Of a DNA stretch of 64,000 nt, positions 44,298 to 52,280 are shown one piece after another. The first letter of the stretch is position 1; every line of letters begins with the position of its first letter. The stretch spans positions 62,001 to 126,000 of the IMG/VR virus record IMGVR_UViG_3300014720_000001; one strand, given 5' to 3'. The translations under genes were made by a program, and so were the position numbers. Under the pieces are notes generated by a model, which ran no database searches, had not been told where the DNA came from, and saw only the letters and a list, made by a program, of their open reading frames with translations.

Positions 44298-44512
44298 GGC
44301 GTAGCTCGAAAGATAGTGAACTCAGCGGGATTTCCGGATAGTTGGGGTTTGAACTAGTCGGAAAAACCTATGAGTTGGTCGGCGCTATGTGTTCCCAAGC
44401 TGAATACGCCTCATTTTGGCAGAAGGGCCGCGAGAAGAAAAGGGCGCATGGGCGTCTGGTACACTGAAATGACGTTGTTAGTGGCTTCGGGCGTTTCGAC
44501 AAGGAGGTCGCC

Positions 44513-44842
44513 ATGAAATCTCTACGGATTCTAGCGTTTAGCCTGCTGTGCGTGATCTGGGCGGGGAAGGTTTGCGCCGATACTGTGCTCATGTTCTCTG
44601 CTGAATGGTGCAAATACTGCCAGACAGCCAAAAAGGATTTACTGGAGCGTAAAGAAGAAGTAGCCGAGTGGAATGTCGCGGTTGTAGATACCGACGAGAG
44701 CCGGGACATGGTGAAAGAATACGGCGTGAAGAGCTTGCCGACGTTTATTTATCTAAATGACGAGGGCAAAGAGGTCGATCGGCTGACGGGCTACAAAGGC
44801 TATCACCGGTTGCGGCGCTGGGTTGAGAAAAACAAGCGCTGA
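44513..44842 (+). CDS. Exported thioredoxin-like protein
   Basis: WCKYC motif; cis-Pro LPTF; signal peptide; AAGGAGG SD. The only convincing plus-strand gene. Confidence 0.85.
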   Translation: MKSLRILAFSLLCVIWAGKVCADTVLMFSAEWCKYCQTAKKDLLERKEEVAEWNVAVVDTDESRDMVKEYGVKSLPTFIYLNDEGKEVDRLTGYKGYHRLRRWVEKNKR

Positions 44843-44847
44843 TAGCT

Positions 44848-44890
44848 AAAAAAAGCGCATGCAGGGTCAGGGTTGAATACCTGCATGCGC
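44848..44890 (-). terminator. Intrinsic terminator between convergent genes
   Basis: 11-bp stem GCGCATGCAGG/CCTGCATGCGC with a T7 tract on the minus strand. Confidence 0.75.
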
Positions 44891-44895
44891 TCCGC

Positions 44896-45120
44896 CTACT
44901 GGGGCGCCGAGAGGGTGGTCCACTCGCCGCTGTAGGTCTGTTCCAACGGATTGACGATCCGTGGCTTCTGCTCAGGGGCGGGGCGTGGAGCCGGGGCGGG
45001 CCCAGTGACGGGCTGTTGCCAGCGCGTCATGAACTCGTCCCAGCCTTTCGGGGCTTGAGCGCTTTCCGAAACCCACCCGATGAGCGCAAGCCCACCAAGG
45101 ACCATGAGAACCGTGGTCAT
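44896..45120 (-). CDS. Small membrane-anchored protein
   Basis: 74 aa; N-terminal hydrophobic segment; downstream of promoter-motif copy 4. Confidence 0.6.
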   Translation of the reverse strand: MTTVLMVLGGLALIGWVSESAQAPKGWDEFMTRWQQPVTGPAPAPRPAPEQKPRIVNPLEQTYSGEWTTLSAPQ

Positions 45121-45186
45121 GCTATTTCCTTTCTATACATCGTGACGGGCAAGACGTAATTTTTGGCTTACGCCTATCCGTCACTA

Positions 45187-45216
45187 AATATGACCGGAAA
45201 TAGCAGGTTATTTAGC
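45187..45216 (-). promoter_or_regulatory. Phage promoter-like motif, copy 4
   Basis: Minus strand GCTAAATAAC-CTGCTATTTC-CGGTCATATT. Confidence 0.7.
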
Positions 45217-45300
45217 GCGCAGCCAGACGATAATGTCAAAGCCCCAGTCGTCGTCTTCGTCGTAGTCGGTAAAGATATTAATGGAGCTGGCGGCGCGCAT
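45208..45300 (-). CDS. 30-aa acidic micro-protein
   Basis: MRAASSINIFTDYDEDDDWGFDIIVWLRAK; GGAGG SD 5 nt upstream; below the ORF-track cutoff. Confidence 0.45.
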   Translation of the reverse strand: MRAASSINIFTDYDEDDDWGFDIIVWLRAK

Positions 45301-45501
45301 ATGTACCTCCCGACGACAGGCGTTGAAAACGTGTCGCAATTATACGATTTTGATAACAAGTCCCCTATTCGGTAAGAAAAAGCGGTTGAATTTCTTACAG
45401 CCAAACAACGTAACATATTGCTACACATAGACTTACGACAAATGCGGAATTCCGGCGCGGCGTAAGTCTTTGTGCAGCAACATGTTACGCCTAATAGCTA
45501 A

Positions 45502-45539
45502 GAAAAAGCGCGGTCAGGGTCCGAAGACCACTGCCGCGC
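45502..45539 (-). terminator. Intrinsic terminator
   Basis: GCGCGG...CCGCGC hairpin followed by TTTTTCTT on the minus strand. Confidence 0.55.
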
Positions 45540-45545
45540 ATAGAG

Positions 45546-45776
45546 TCAGGTGACCGGCTCGAATTTGACGTCGATCACATTGGTGGCGTCGAACCCGTCG
45601 TCCTCCAGAATCGCGCGCTCGCCGGGAATGCACTCGCAGACCCCGATCGACCGCAAACAGTGACAGCAGCGCTCGGTGTCGGCGTCCGGCACCGGCACCA
45701 CGAGCACAACCATCAGATCCCGGTACTGATCGATGTCCACGAGCACTGCCGGGTTGTTGCGAAGTTGACCACTCAT
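45546..45776 (-). CDS. Hypothetical protein
   Basis: Start MSGQLRN with AAGGAGG SD; downstream of promoter-motif copy 5. Confidence 0.6.
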   Translation of the reverse strand: MSGQLRNNPAVLVDIDQYRDLMVVLVVPVPDADTERCCHCLRSIGVCECIPGERAILEDDGFDATNVIDVKFEPVT

Positions 45777-45954
45777 CTCGTCCTCCTTGAAGAGAAATAA
45801 AACTGCCACCGTTCTCGTTGGTGGCCTACGCTTGCAGGTCGTCTGCAAGGCCGTCCTGTTAGCCCCGAACAGGAAACGGGAAGGGATTGCTTAGCGCATA
45901 CGAGAGGACGCTGGATATACCAGCGACGTAGCATGAGCTATAGGTCCCTTACTA

Positions 45955-45984
45955 GATATGCCCGCTTTTTTGGGTTTATTTAGC
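45955..45984 (-). promoter_or_regulatory. Phage promoter-like motif, copy 5
   Basis: Minus strand GCTAAATAAA-CCCAAAAAAG-CGGGCATATC. Confidence 0.7.
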
Positions 45985-46234
45985 CCACAGCAGTGGCGGT
46001 ATTGCTGTTGTGATAGAGTTGTACAAGGTGTTCTTGCAGCTCCATAAACCCGCGACGGTCTCCAGCTTCAAGTGTCGTGTGACACGTCCCTTTGTGGGCG
46101 TGTAGTGCCCGGCTCGCGGGGTAGTTTTCATCTACAAACGCAACTGCCAGCGCAGCGTCACGAATAGGCTGCTGGCAATGATCACAAAGCACACACGACT
46201 GCCGCCGGCCATCAAGTTTTACAATCGCAATCAT
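45980..46234 (-). CDS. Small Cys/His-containing protein
   Basis: Start MIAIVK with AAGGAG SD; CDHC...HKGTCH. Confidence 0.6.
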   Translation of the reverse strand: MIAIVKLDGRRQSCVLCDHCQQPIRDAALAVAFVDENYPASRALHAHKGTCHTTLEAGDRRGFMELQEHLVQLYHNSNTATAVG

Positions 46235-46270
46235 CGCGTTCTCCTTAAAGTGATAGACAGGTACCCACAG

Positions 46271-46300
46271 GATATGCCCGGGTTTTGATAGATATTTAGC
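46271..46300 (-). promoter_or_regulatory. Phage promoter-like motif, copy 6
   Basis: Minus strand GCTAAATATC-TATCAAAACC-CGGGCATATC. Confidence 0.7.
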
Positions 46301-46315
46301 TGGGCTGGAATAGCT

Positions 46316-46350
46316 AAAAAAAAAGCCGGCAGGGGAGCGCACCCCTGCCG
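46316..46350 (-). terminator. Intrinsic terminator downstream of the candidate ncRNA
   Basis: 9-bp stem CGGCAGGGG/CCCCTGCCG followed by T9 on the minus strand. Confidence 0.8.
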
Positions 46351-46411
46351 ACTAATGACGAATTAACGAGTCGCCACCCGTGCCGAAGCGACCAATCGGT
46401 CGCCAAAAGAG

Positions 46412-46761
46412 CGTTAGCACATGGCATGCCTGTAAGGACAGGTATCACTACCCGCCTACGTCCTGCAGCCGTTTGTTAGGTCACAGACAAGCGCGCAGTG
46501 TACGGCCGCGTGCTTTTGTTATTTAAAACTAGTCTGACAGGGCTTTCACCTGCACCGCCCGCTCCCCTAGCCATAATGTAGCGTAGTCGAGCGGAGTCGC
46601 TTGTAGTAGCCACGAGGCCCGGGCGGGGCTGCCCGCTACTACTTAATCTACCCTAACGGTTCCTGCAAAACATTTCACCACGCCTGCTCGTTACAAACGC
46701 GTACGTGCACCTAGAGATAGGTTCATACACACGCTTCTTACAGGCATGCCATGTGCCAACG
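46412..46761 (-). ncRNA. Candidate large structured RNA of unknown family (about 350 nt)
   Basis: Perfect 20-bp inverted repeat 46417-46436 / 46737-46756, extending to 25 bp with one G-U on the minus strand; several internal stems; no ORF; terminator downstream. Confidence 0.6.
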
Positions 46762-46785
46762 TCGGGATTCTAGCGTCCCTGTTGG

Positions 46786-46989
46786 CTATGTCAACGTGTC
46801 GATATAGTGCTGGATGGCACATATCTTTCTCAGCAGCGCCTCTTCGGCCTCGGGGCCAATATCTTGCGCGTCCATGTCGTTCACCAGCCCGACCAGCGAG
46901 TTTTTGATATTTAACAGCCCGCGGCGAAGTTGTTTAACTTCCACCTCAGTTTCTGTCTTATACCTCGTCCCGGCTTTCGTCGTCACCAT
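46786..46989 (-). CDS. Small hypothetical protein
   Basis: Likely start MVTTKAG; helical. Confidence 0.45.
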   Translation of the reverse strand: MVTTKAGTRYKTETEVEVKQLRRGLLNIKNSLVGLVNDMDAQDIGPEAEEALLRKICAIQHYIDTLT

Positions 46990-47239
46990 CGGTTCCAGCG
47001 CCTCCTTCTTGTGTACTACTTCGGTCCACCACTGGTTGTTCCACGTCACTGCTGTCGAACTCGCTGCCATTGGCTTCCTTTTCTAGCACATCAAACGCTA
47101 CGGCTGTGACGCGATCGACAAGCTCGTTCGCAAGCCCGTCGACCGTGCGGCGAAGATAGTTGATCTTTGTCTCCATCTCCGCCAGCTCGTCTCTCGTTTT
47201 AATCAGACTTCTGACCAAGTCAAGCGTGTACTTGCTCAC
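46958..47239 (-). CDS. Small coiled-coil protein
   Basis: 93-aa ORF coupled to the upstream gene. Confidence 0.5.
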   Translation of the reverse strand: MSKYTLDLVRSLIKTRDELAEMETKINYLRRTVDGLANELVDRVTAVAFDVLEKEANGSEFDSSDVEQPVVDRSSTQEGGAGTDGDDESRDEV

Positions 47240-47523
47240 ATTACCATCCTTTCCGGGACCGCGTCCCGCTCCAGCTGCATACGGATCTGGTACATCCGGT
47301 CCAGCAGCAAATCGGCCAGAGTGTTCTCGTGCGTCAGCATCTGCAGAAAATCAAGGATCTCGGGCATCATCACGACGAATGCCAGCGTGGCCTCGTTCAC
47401 CGTGCAGGTGTTACTGAACTCCATCAGCATATCGTCCGTCTTGGGGTCGTTCACCCAACCACGCAGGTGCGCCGGCGTAGCCTGACTACCCAGCGGCTTC
47501 AGCGTCACGTTGAGCATGGTCAC
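47236..47523 (-). CDS. Hypothetical protein
   Basis: 95 aa; AAGGAG SD. Confidence 0.55.
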   Translation of the reverse strand: MTMLNVTLKPLGSQATPAHLRGWVNDPKTDDMLMEFSNTCTVNEATLAFVVMMPEILDFLQMLTHENTLADLLLDRMYQIRMQLERDAVPERMVM

Positions 47524-47535
47524 TCCTTTGTGAAA

Positions 47536-48192
47536 TCACTCAATCGGTCCAATTGCCCGCTGCACGCGAGGGGGCAACACGACATACTTCAGCTTATTGA
47601 TAGCTTTGTAGTCGTAGTCCTTTTTCTTCGTCTCCGAATAGTTCAACAGCCACAGAAAGGGTTGATGAAACCAATTGGGCAGAAAATGCCCGTGCTCGCG
47701 CAACTGCTTGAGATGCGTGAGCAGACCTTCCCTGCCGTCATAATGCCCGGCCCAAACCATCGTGCCGTCTGCCATCGCGTCATACCCGCCGGACGACGTG
47801 CACTGGTGCGCGTTGTCCAGACTGGTCGGCACCCAGTTGTAATACACCTGAATCATATTCACGTTGCGCTTGCCGCCCGTGTACGACTCAGAAGTTAACA
47901 ACAGCCCGGCCGCATGCCACCAGATCTCGTACACGTCGTTGCTCTCGCCGTGCGTCTCGTGGTAGATCTTCTCGAATCCTGCTCGCTCTAGCACTCGCAC
48001 GCACTCGTCGTAGAGCATGTTGAAGTGTGTGTCACCCAACACGGAAAGCGCGTCTTCTTTATCGCGCGACACCTGCTGCATCAAAGCGATGCCCAGTTTC
48101 GTGGCGTGATCTCCGGTTCCAAGAATTTTTTCTGCCTCGGCGAGCGTGTCGCGCTTCAAAAGGCCAAGCGCGTGGTTTTCCAGTGCGTTCAC
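47536..48192 (-). CDS. Hypothetical protein
   Basis: 218-aa ORF; AAGGAG SD. Confidence 0.65.
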   Translation of the reverse strand: MNALENHALGLLKRDTLAEAEKILGTGDHATKLGIALMQQVSRDKEDALSVLGDTHFNMLYDECVRVLERAGFEKIYHETHGESNDVYEIWWHAAGLLLTSESYTGGKRNVNMIQVYYNWVPTSLDNAHQCTSSGGYDAMADGTMVWAGHYDGREGLLTHLKQLREHGHFLPNWFHQPFLWLLNYSETKKKDYDYKAINKLKYVVLPPRVQRAIGPIE

Positions 48193-48195
48193 TTT

Positions 48196-48414
48196 CTACT
48201 CCTTTGTGAAAAGAAACGTATCGTTCACCAATTCAATCTTTGACGGCGTGTTAGAGTTATTAACAAGCCGCGTACTCGGGTCATCAACGATCTGCCCGTT
48301 GATCTTGCACCGACCTGTCACGATCTCACGCCGGATCAACGACTCCGGCATATCCGTCTTTGTCGCCAGCCAGTCCACCAGCGACACACCCACAATTGGT
48401 TCTGCTTCGCTCAT
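48196..48414 (-). CDS. S4-like RNA-binding domain protein
   Basis: LVDWLA...SLIRREIVTGRCKINGQIVDDPSTRL matches the S4 pattern. Confidence 0.6.
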   Translation of the reverse strand: MSEAEPIVGVSLVDWLATKTDMPESLIRREIVTGRCKINGQIVDDPSTRLVNNSNTPSKIELVNDTFLFTKE

Positions 48415-48416
48415 GG

Positions 48417-49031
48417 TTAATCCCAAAGGGCTTGATAGTACTTACCGAACAGAGTCGTCCCACGACGGATACGCTCCTCGTGGGCTTTCAAACCTGCGAT
48501 ATCGACCTTCAAATTGCTGTAGTGCTTTTCAAAGTTATCAATATCGGCTAGCTCTTCACGGCCCGTGTAGAACTGATCTTCACTGTCTGGGTCGTTCAAC
48601 TGCTCAAACGCCCAGATCATTTCACCTAAGATCCAGTTCCACCGTGCCTCGTGGTTCGTGTCGGTCGGATCGTAGCGCTGTTCTTTGGCCGTACGCGGCG
48701 TTGCGGCTGTCGAACGAAGTTCCTCGGGCACGTCTTCGTCATCCGTGAACGGGCTGCCGGGCTGAGTATCCCGCAGCTGCTTAAGCAGCGGCAAGATAAT
48801 CGGCGCGAGCGTACCGTCTACACTCCACGTGTCGTAGTAGTGGATTTTGATAACTTTCTTCTGCGTGCGGAACCGGCCGTGGAACCACTCGCAAAAGTCA
48901 CCCAAACCTTTTTTGTCTAACCACTTACCGATCTGGTCGCAACGGTCTTCCGAGAAACCGACACGTTGCAGCAAATTGGCGATCTGATACGGACCCCACC
49001 ACTTCTTAGGCGGACCGATGTATACCTTCAT
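48417..49031 (-). CDS. Phage hypothetical protein
   Basis: 204 aa; KIHYYDTWSVDGTLAPIILPLLKQL. Confidence 0.65.
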   Translation of the reverse strand: MKVYIGPPKKWWGPYQIANLLQRVGFSEDRCDQIGKWLDKKGLGDFCEWFHGRFRTQKKVIKIHYYDTWSVDGTLAPIILPLLKQLRDTQPGSPFTDDEDVPEELRSTAATPRTAKEQRYDPTDTNHEARWNWILGEMIWAFEQLNDPDSEDQFYTGREELADIDNFEKHYSNLKVDIAGLKAHEERIRRGTTLFGKYYQALWD

Positions 49032-49330
49032 CTTGCACTCCTTGCGGATTTACGAAACCGGGGAAACTGGTGTTTACAATCCGGACACTCCCAGTAACTC
49101 ACTCCGTCGTAATGGTCCGGGTGGGTATATGGAAGCTCGACGCCAACGAGCCGCGAGAACTTATACGGCGGCGAATAAAACGTTTTAATATGCTCAAACA
49201 GTTCGGCGTCGCTTTTGTCTTTGCACCAGTCTTGAGGGCGCAAAGTGTCAAAGATGTTGCCCGCGCACCAGTCGGCTTTGCACGCCGGGCAATGGCCGTG
49301 ATGATCAAGATTTCGGTACTCTTCATCCAT
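49028..49330 (-). CDS. Small Cys-containing protein
   Basis: 100 aa; CPAC and CPDC motifs. Confidence 0.55.
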   Translation of the reverse strand: MDEEYRNLDHHGHCPACKADWCAGNIFDTLRPQDWCKDKSDAELFEHIKTFYSPPYKFSRLVGVELPYTHPDHYDGVSYWECPDCKHQFPRFRKSARSAR

Positions 49331-49571
49331 TTAACACCTCATATGAATCGACCTCCGGCAGCAGCATCAACCGCCGCCCGTTGTCCCAGTTCACGCCGAT
49401 CTGCTGCCATTGCGCCGGCCCAGACAGATTGACGTATGTAATCGTGCCCTCCAACCCGGCCGGCATATCTTCTTCTTTCGGCATGCGGTCGGATTTAGGG
49501 TTTGTCATCTCTTTCGTCAGCCGCACGCGCCGACCCACCAGCGGATGAACTTTTTCGTCAGTCACAATCAC
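49323..49571 (-). CDS. DUF4314-like protein
   Basis: GRRVRL..M..P...GLEGT...IGVNWDNGRRLML...D; GTG start with AAGGAG SD. Confidence 0.6.
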   Translation of the reverse strand: MIVTDEKVHPLVGRRVRLTKEMTNPKSDRMPKEEDMPAGLEGTITYVNLSGPAQWQQIGVNWDNGRRLMLLPEVDSYEVLNG

Positions 49572-49582
49572 GATGCGCTCCT

Positions 49583-49882
49583 TTACTCGGTTTCGCCAAA
49601 GTTGCACAGATCTTCTAACGGCACACGCGCGCCGTAGCCGTTTTCCCGCGTGAGATCTTCGGTGATACCCACGTCGCCAAAGCGCGAGACCATCACGATC
49701 CTGACGCGAGTACCAGCCGGACACATGACCTTATCAAACTGCGGTTCGTTACCAACCCACCGCTGTTTGTAGTGCCACATCTCGACAGGTTTGCGCAGGT
49801 CAGCAAACTTGTACTGCCACGTTTCGGGCTTGTGCGGCACCCAGCCTTGATCCATCGCATGCCCTTCAAGCGTTTCAACCAT
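49583..49882 (-). CDS. Hypothetical protein
   Basis: 99-aa ORF; GGAG SD. Confidence 0.55.
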   Translation of the reverse strand: MVETLEGHAMDQGWVPHKPETWQYKFADLRKPVEMWHYKQRWVGNEPQFDKVMCPAGTRVRIVMVSRFGDVGITEDLTRENGYGARVPLEDLCNFGETE

Positions 49883-49910
49883 GACTGGCTCCTACAGGGT
49901 TTTCATAGCA

Positions 49911-49965
49911 AAAAGAATAGCGACGTGCCGTGCTGGGTTACGGCACACCATAACCCAGCACGGCA
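49911..49965 (-). terminator. Long-stem terminator-like hairpin
   Basis: 15-bp perfect stem 49926-49940 / 49951-49965; T-rich tract downstream on the minus strand. Confidence 0.6.
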
Positions 49966-49985
49966 ACGTCTCACAACATTAGCGC

Positions 49986-50606
49986 CTACTTCTTGATCAC
50001 CGTCGCGCCGTTCCACTTTATTCGCGTATTGCGCAAAACAGTACGCGTAGGAGCCGCCCGCGCAGCCGATCGCCGCTTCTTCGGCTTTCGAATGACGTCA
50101 AAACCGCGCTCTGACGACTCTGCAAAACTTTGCCACCGAGCCGTAACGCGCGACTTTTTCTTCTTATCCTCTGCGCGCTTGCGACTACGAAGAATCGGCG
50201 TCATGGGGTTGAGCTTGTACATATTCGGGGGCAGCGGCCACGGCTTGTTTTTATCGAACATGCCGGCTGCCCGCGATAACGTACTGGGGCAGTGCCATCG
50301 AATCTCGATTTTGTTGACAAAATCCCAGATTTTGATGATGCCTTTCCCCACCTGAAACGAGTAGTTCTTTCCCCAAAACGCTTTCAACGCTAGCGCCAAA
50401 ACACAGTGCTCCGGCGAACCCGGAATCGCGCTGTCGATCATCTTTTGCGTGATGTGGATATACAGCGGATCACGACTTAGAACGACGGTCCAGTCGTGCA
50501 GCGCCGGATAAGACGGCCCACACTGTTTAAACGGATGCTGCGTACCAGCCTTCGGGCGGCCGGCAGATTTCGAATTCTTTTCGATATTGCCTGATTTCCT
50601 CGTCAT
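49986..50606 (-). CDS. Basic hypothetical protein
   Basis: Start MTRKSG; Arg/Lys-rich C-terminus. Confidence 0.55.
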   Translation of the reverse strand: MTRKSGNIEKNSKSAGRPKAGTQHPFKQCGPSYPALHDWTVVLSRDPLYIHITQKMIDSAIPGSPEHCVLALALKAFWGKNYSFQVGKGIIKIWDFVNKIEIRWHCPSTLSRAAGMFDKNKPWPLPPNMYKLNPMTPILRSRKRAEDKKKKSRVTARWQSFAESSERGFDVIRKPKKRRSAARAAPTRTVLRNTRIKWNGATVIKK

Positions 50607-50817
50607 AGAACGATTCCCTTCGTTATGGAACCAACGGAACAACCCGTAACAACGTGTTACAGGCAAGAAGAAAAAACCGGGCTGGGCCATTTACGCCCCG
50701 GCCCATTATCTAAGCCCAGCTGCAGCTGTTCTTAGTACTCCCCCACGCCGAAGATCACGCCACGAGATTCCCCGCAGCGGTAGTCGGAGGCAAGGAGCGC
50801 CCGGTTAAAACAACGTT

Positions 50818-51008
50818 GCGCTCGGGTATGCTAGCCGAGCGCGGGATATAGGACCTCGGGTTCGCGCATACCATTCCACCCGAGTTTGTGTCCTACATCG
50901 GAACGTTGCGTGTTCTAAATGCCGATGCTGGGCACTACTCCAGCAGTTTTGGTCGCGTGCTCGGCATTCACACACGCGACGAGAGAAGGCACGCTAGCTA
51001 GTCGTGCC
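50818..51008 (-). ncRNA. Candidate structured RNA of unknown family
   Basis: Six consecutive stems with two loop-complementarity pairs in an ORF-free interval; strand inferred only from context. Confidence 0.45.
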
Positions 51009-51011
51009 CTC

Positions 51012-51042
51012 AAAGAAGCGCACAGGGGTCGAGCCTGTGCGC
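51012..51042 (-). terminator. Intrinsic terminator
   Basis: 9-bp stem GCGCACAGG/CCTGTGCGC followed by TTCTTT, directly after the stop of 51044..51451. Confidence 0.65.
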
Positions 51043-51043
51043 C

Positions 51044-51451
51044 TCATCGTGTGCAATGGCCAAGCTGGTGATGCACTTTGTAATAGGGCTGGTTGTGTTC
51101 CAGCATTACAATTTCTCGCCGCGCGGCAATTAGCACTGACTTGACCCACTCAGCCGACGGTAGTGTGCTGAATTCCGGCCGCAGATGATCAATTAACATA
51201 TCAATGCGTGCCGTAATTTCAGTGTTAGCGTCGTTGGGTTCTGGCAAGTCGTGGCGAGTAAACGTATTGTCGGATGCCGTAACATACGTTGTTGTCTTTG
51301 TTGGTACACCAGCGGCCGCAAATACGCTAGCTACCGCAGCTTTTCTCAGCGCTGTGTTTTCAGTCTTTAGCTCGTGTAATGCGACGCGTTGCATTGCGAC
51401 GATCAACCCGAGTGACGCTACACCAAACAACCCAAAAACCCAACCCCGCAT
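51044..51451 (-). CDS. Membrane-anchored hypothetical protein
   Basis: 135 aa; N-terminal TM segment. Confidence 0.6.
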   Translation of the reverse strand: MRGWVFGLFGVASLGLIVAMQRVALHELKTENTALRKAAVASVFAAAGVPTKTTTYVTASDNTFTRHDLPEPNDANTEITARIDMLIDHLRPEFSTLPSAEWVKSVLIAARREIVMLEHNQPYYKVHHQLGHCTR

Positions 51452-51486
51452 AAAGAGTCCTTTCTTTTTAAACGTTACATAACCAG

Positions 51487-51838
51487 TGGAGGCGGCGGGA
51501 ATCGAACCCGCGTCCTGTGATGTTTCCGTTCAGACGTCTACGTGTGTATCTGGTGAATTTGGTCTCACCTGAGTGTCACCCTACCAGCGCGGTAACAGTA
51601 CAGGCCAGCCCTGAACGAATTTAACCTGCGTAACAGAGCAATGGGCAGGCGAGTCGGATTTGGCGACCGCTAGACACTCCAACCGACTAGGAGTGGTTCG
51701 CGGGCTGCTGGTTTTACTCAGGCAGCGATGGCAAGAGTGTTGCCTACTAACATTTGATCGAGTTTTAACGTGGCCACCCGATCAACCACGACACGCAATC
51801 ATGAACTTCTACCATCCAGTCGATACCAGTACGCCCCC
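51487..51838 (-). ncRNA. ssrA: tmRNA
   Basis: 5' GGGGGCG pairs with 3' CGCCTCC-A including the G3-U alanine determinant; T-arm GCGGG-TTCGATT-CCCGC; pk1 (CGTGG/CCACG, TTGATCGGG/CTCGATCAA); tag ORF GNTLAIAA-stop at 51718-51744. Confidence 0.95.
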
Positions 51839-51847
51839 GTCAACGCA

Positions 51848-52030
51848 TTACGCCACTGCCTCTTCAGTAACCGGCGTTTCGCGCATTTTAACAAGCGCCT
51901 CCCGCCGATCAACCAGCGGAAGCGTGAAAAGCGCGTTGTACTCTTTCTTAGTGAGTTCCGTGTCACCAAAGAACTTAATTCCGTACATCAGCATGCCGCG
52001 GGAATCAAGCCAGTAACCAGTCGGCGCCAT
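51848..52030 (-). CDS. Small hypothetical protein
   Basis: 60 aa; GGAG SD. Confidence 0.45.
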   Translation of the reverse strand: MAPTGYWLDSRGMLMYGIKFFGDTELTKKEYNALFTLPLVDRREALVKMRETPVTEEAVA

Positions 52031-52112
52031 ACAGACTCCTTTCGTGAAAAGATATCAAAAAGTCTCGCCGCAAGGATGTGGTGATCGCACGTATTGCTAC
52101 GCTCCCACGCAC

Positions 52113-52280
52113 ATTAAGGCTCGTAACTTCCCCTTGCATTTCGCAACGCTGTACACACGCTGCCGAGACAAGAATTAAAAGCGCCCAACTGGGTGCGGTG
52201 ATGACGGCTTACGCGCTTGCCGCGTTGCGTCGCCTACGTTTCAGCCGATTCCCGCGGAGATTAAGGCTCGTAATTTCCCC
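52113..52280. repeat. 21-bp direct repeat, two copies
   Basis: ATTAAGGCTCGTAA(C/T)TTCCCC at 52113-52133 and 52260-52280. Confidence 0.8.

Noticed and set aside
46412-46761. Group I or II intron, RNase P or SRP identity for the structured element
   Set aside because: It contains TCAGACTAG and GGTGAAAG fragments but no matching P7 partner, domain V, GAGGAAAGTCC or SRP loop, and it does not interrupt a gene.
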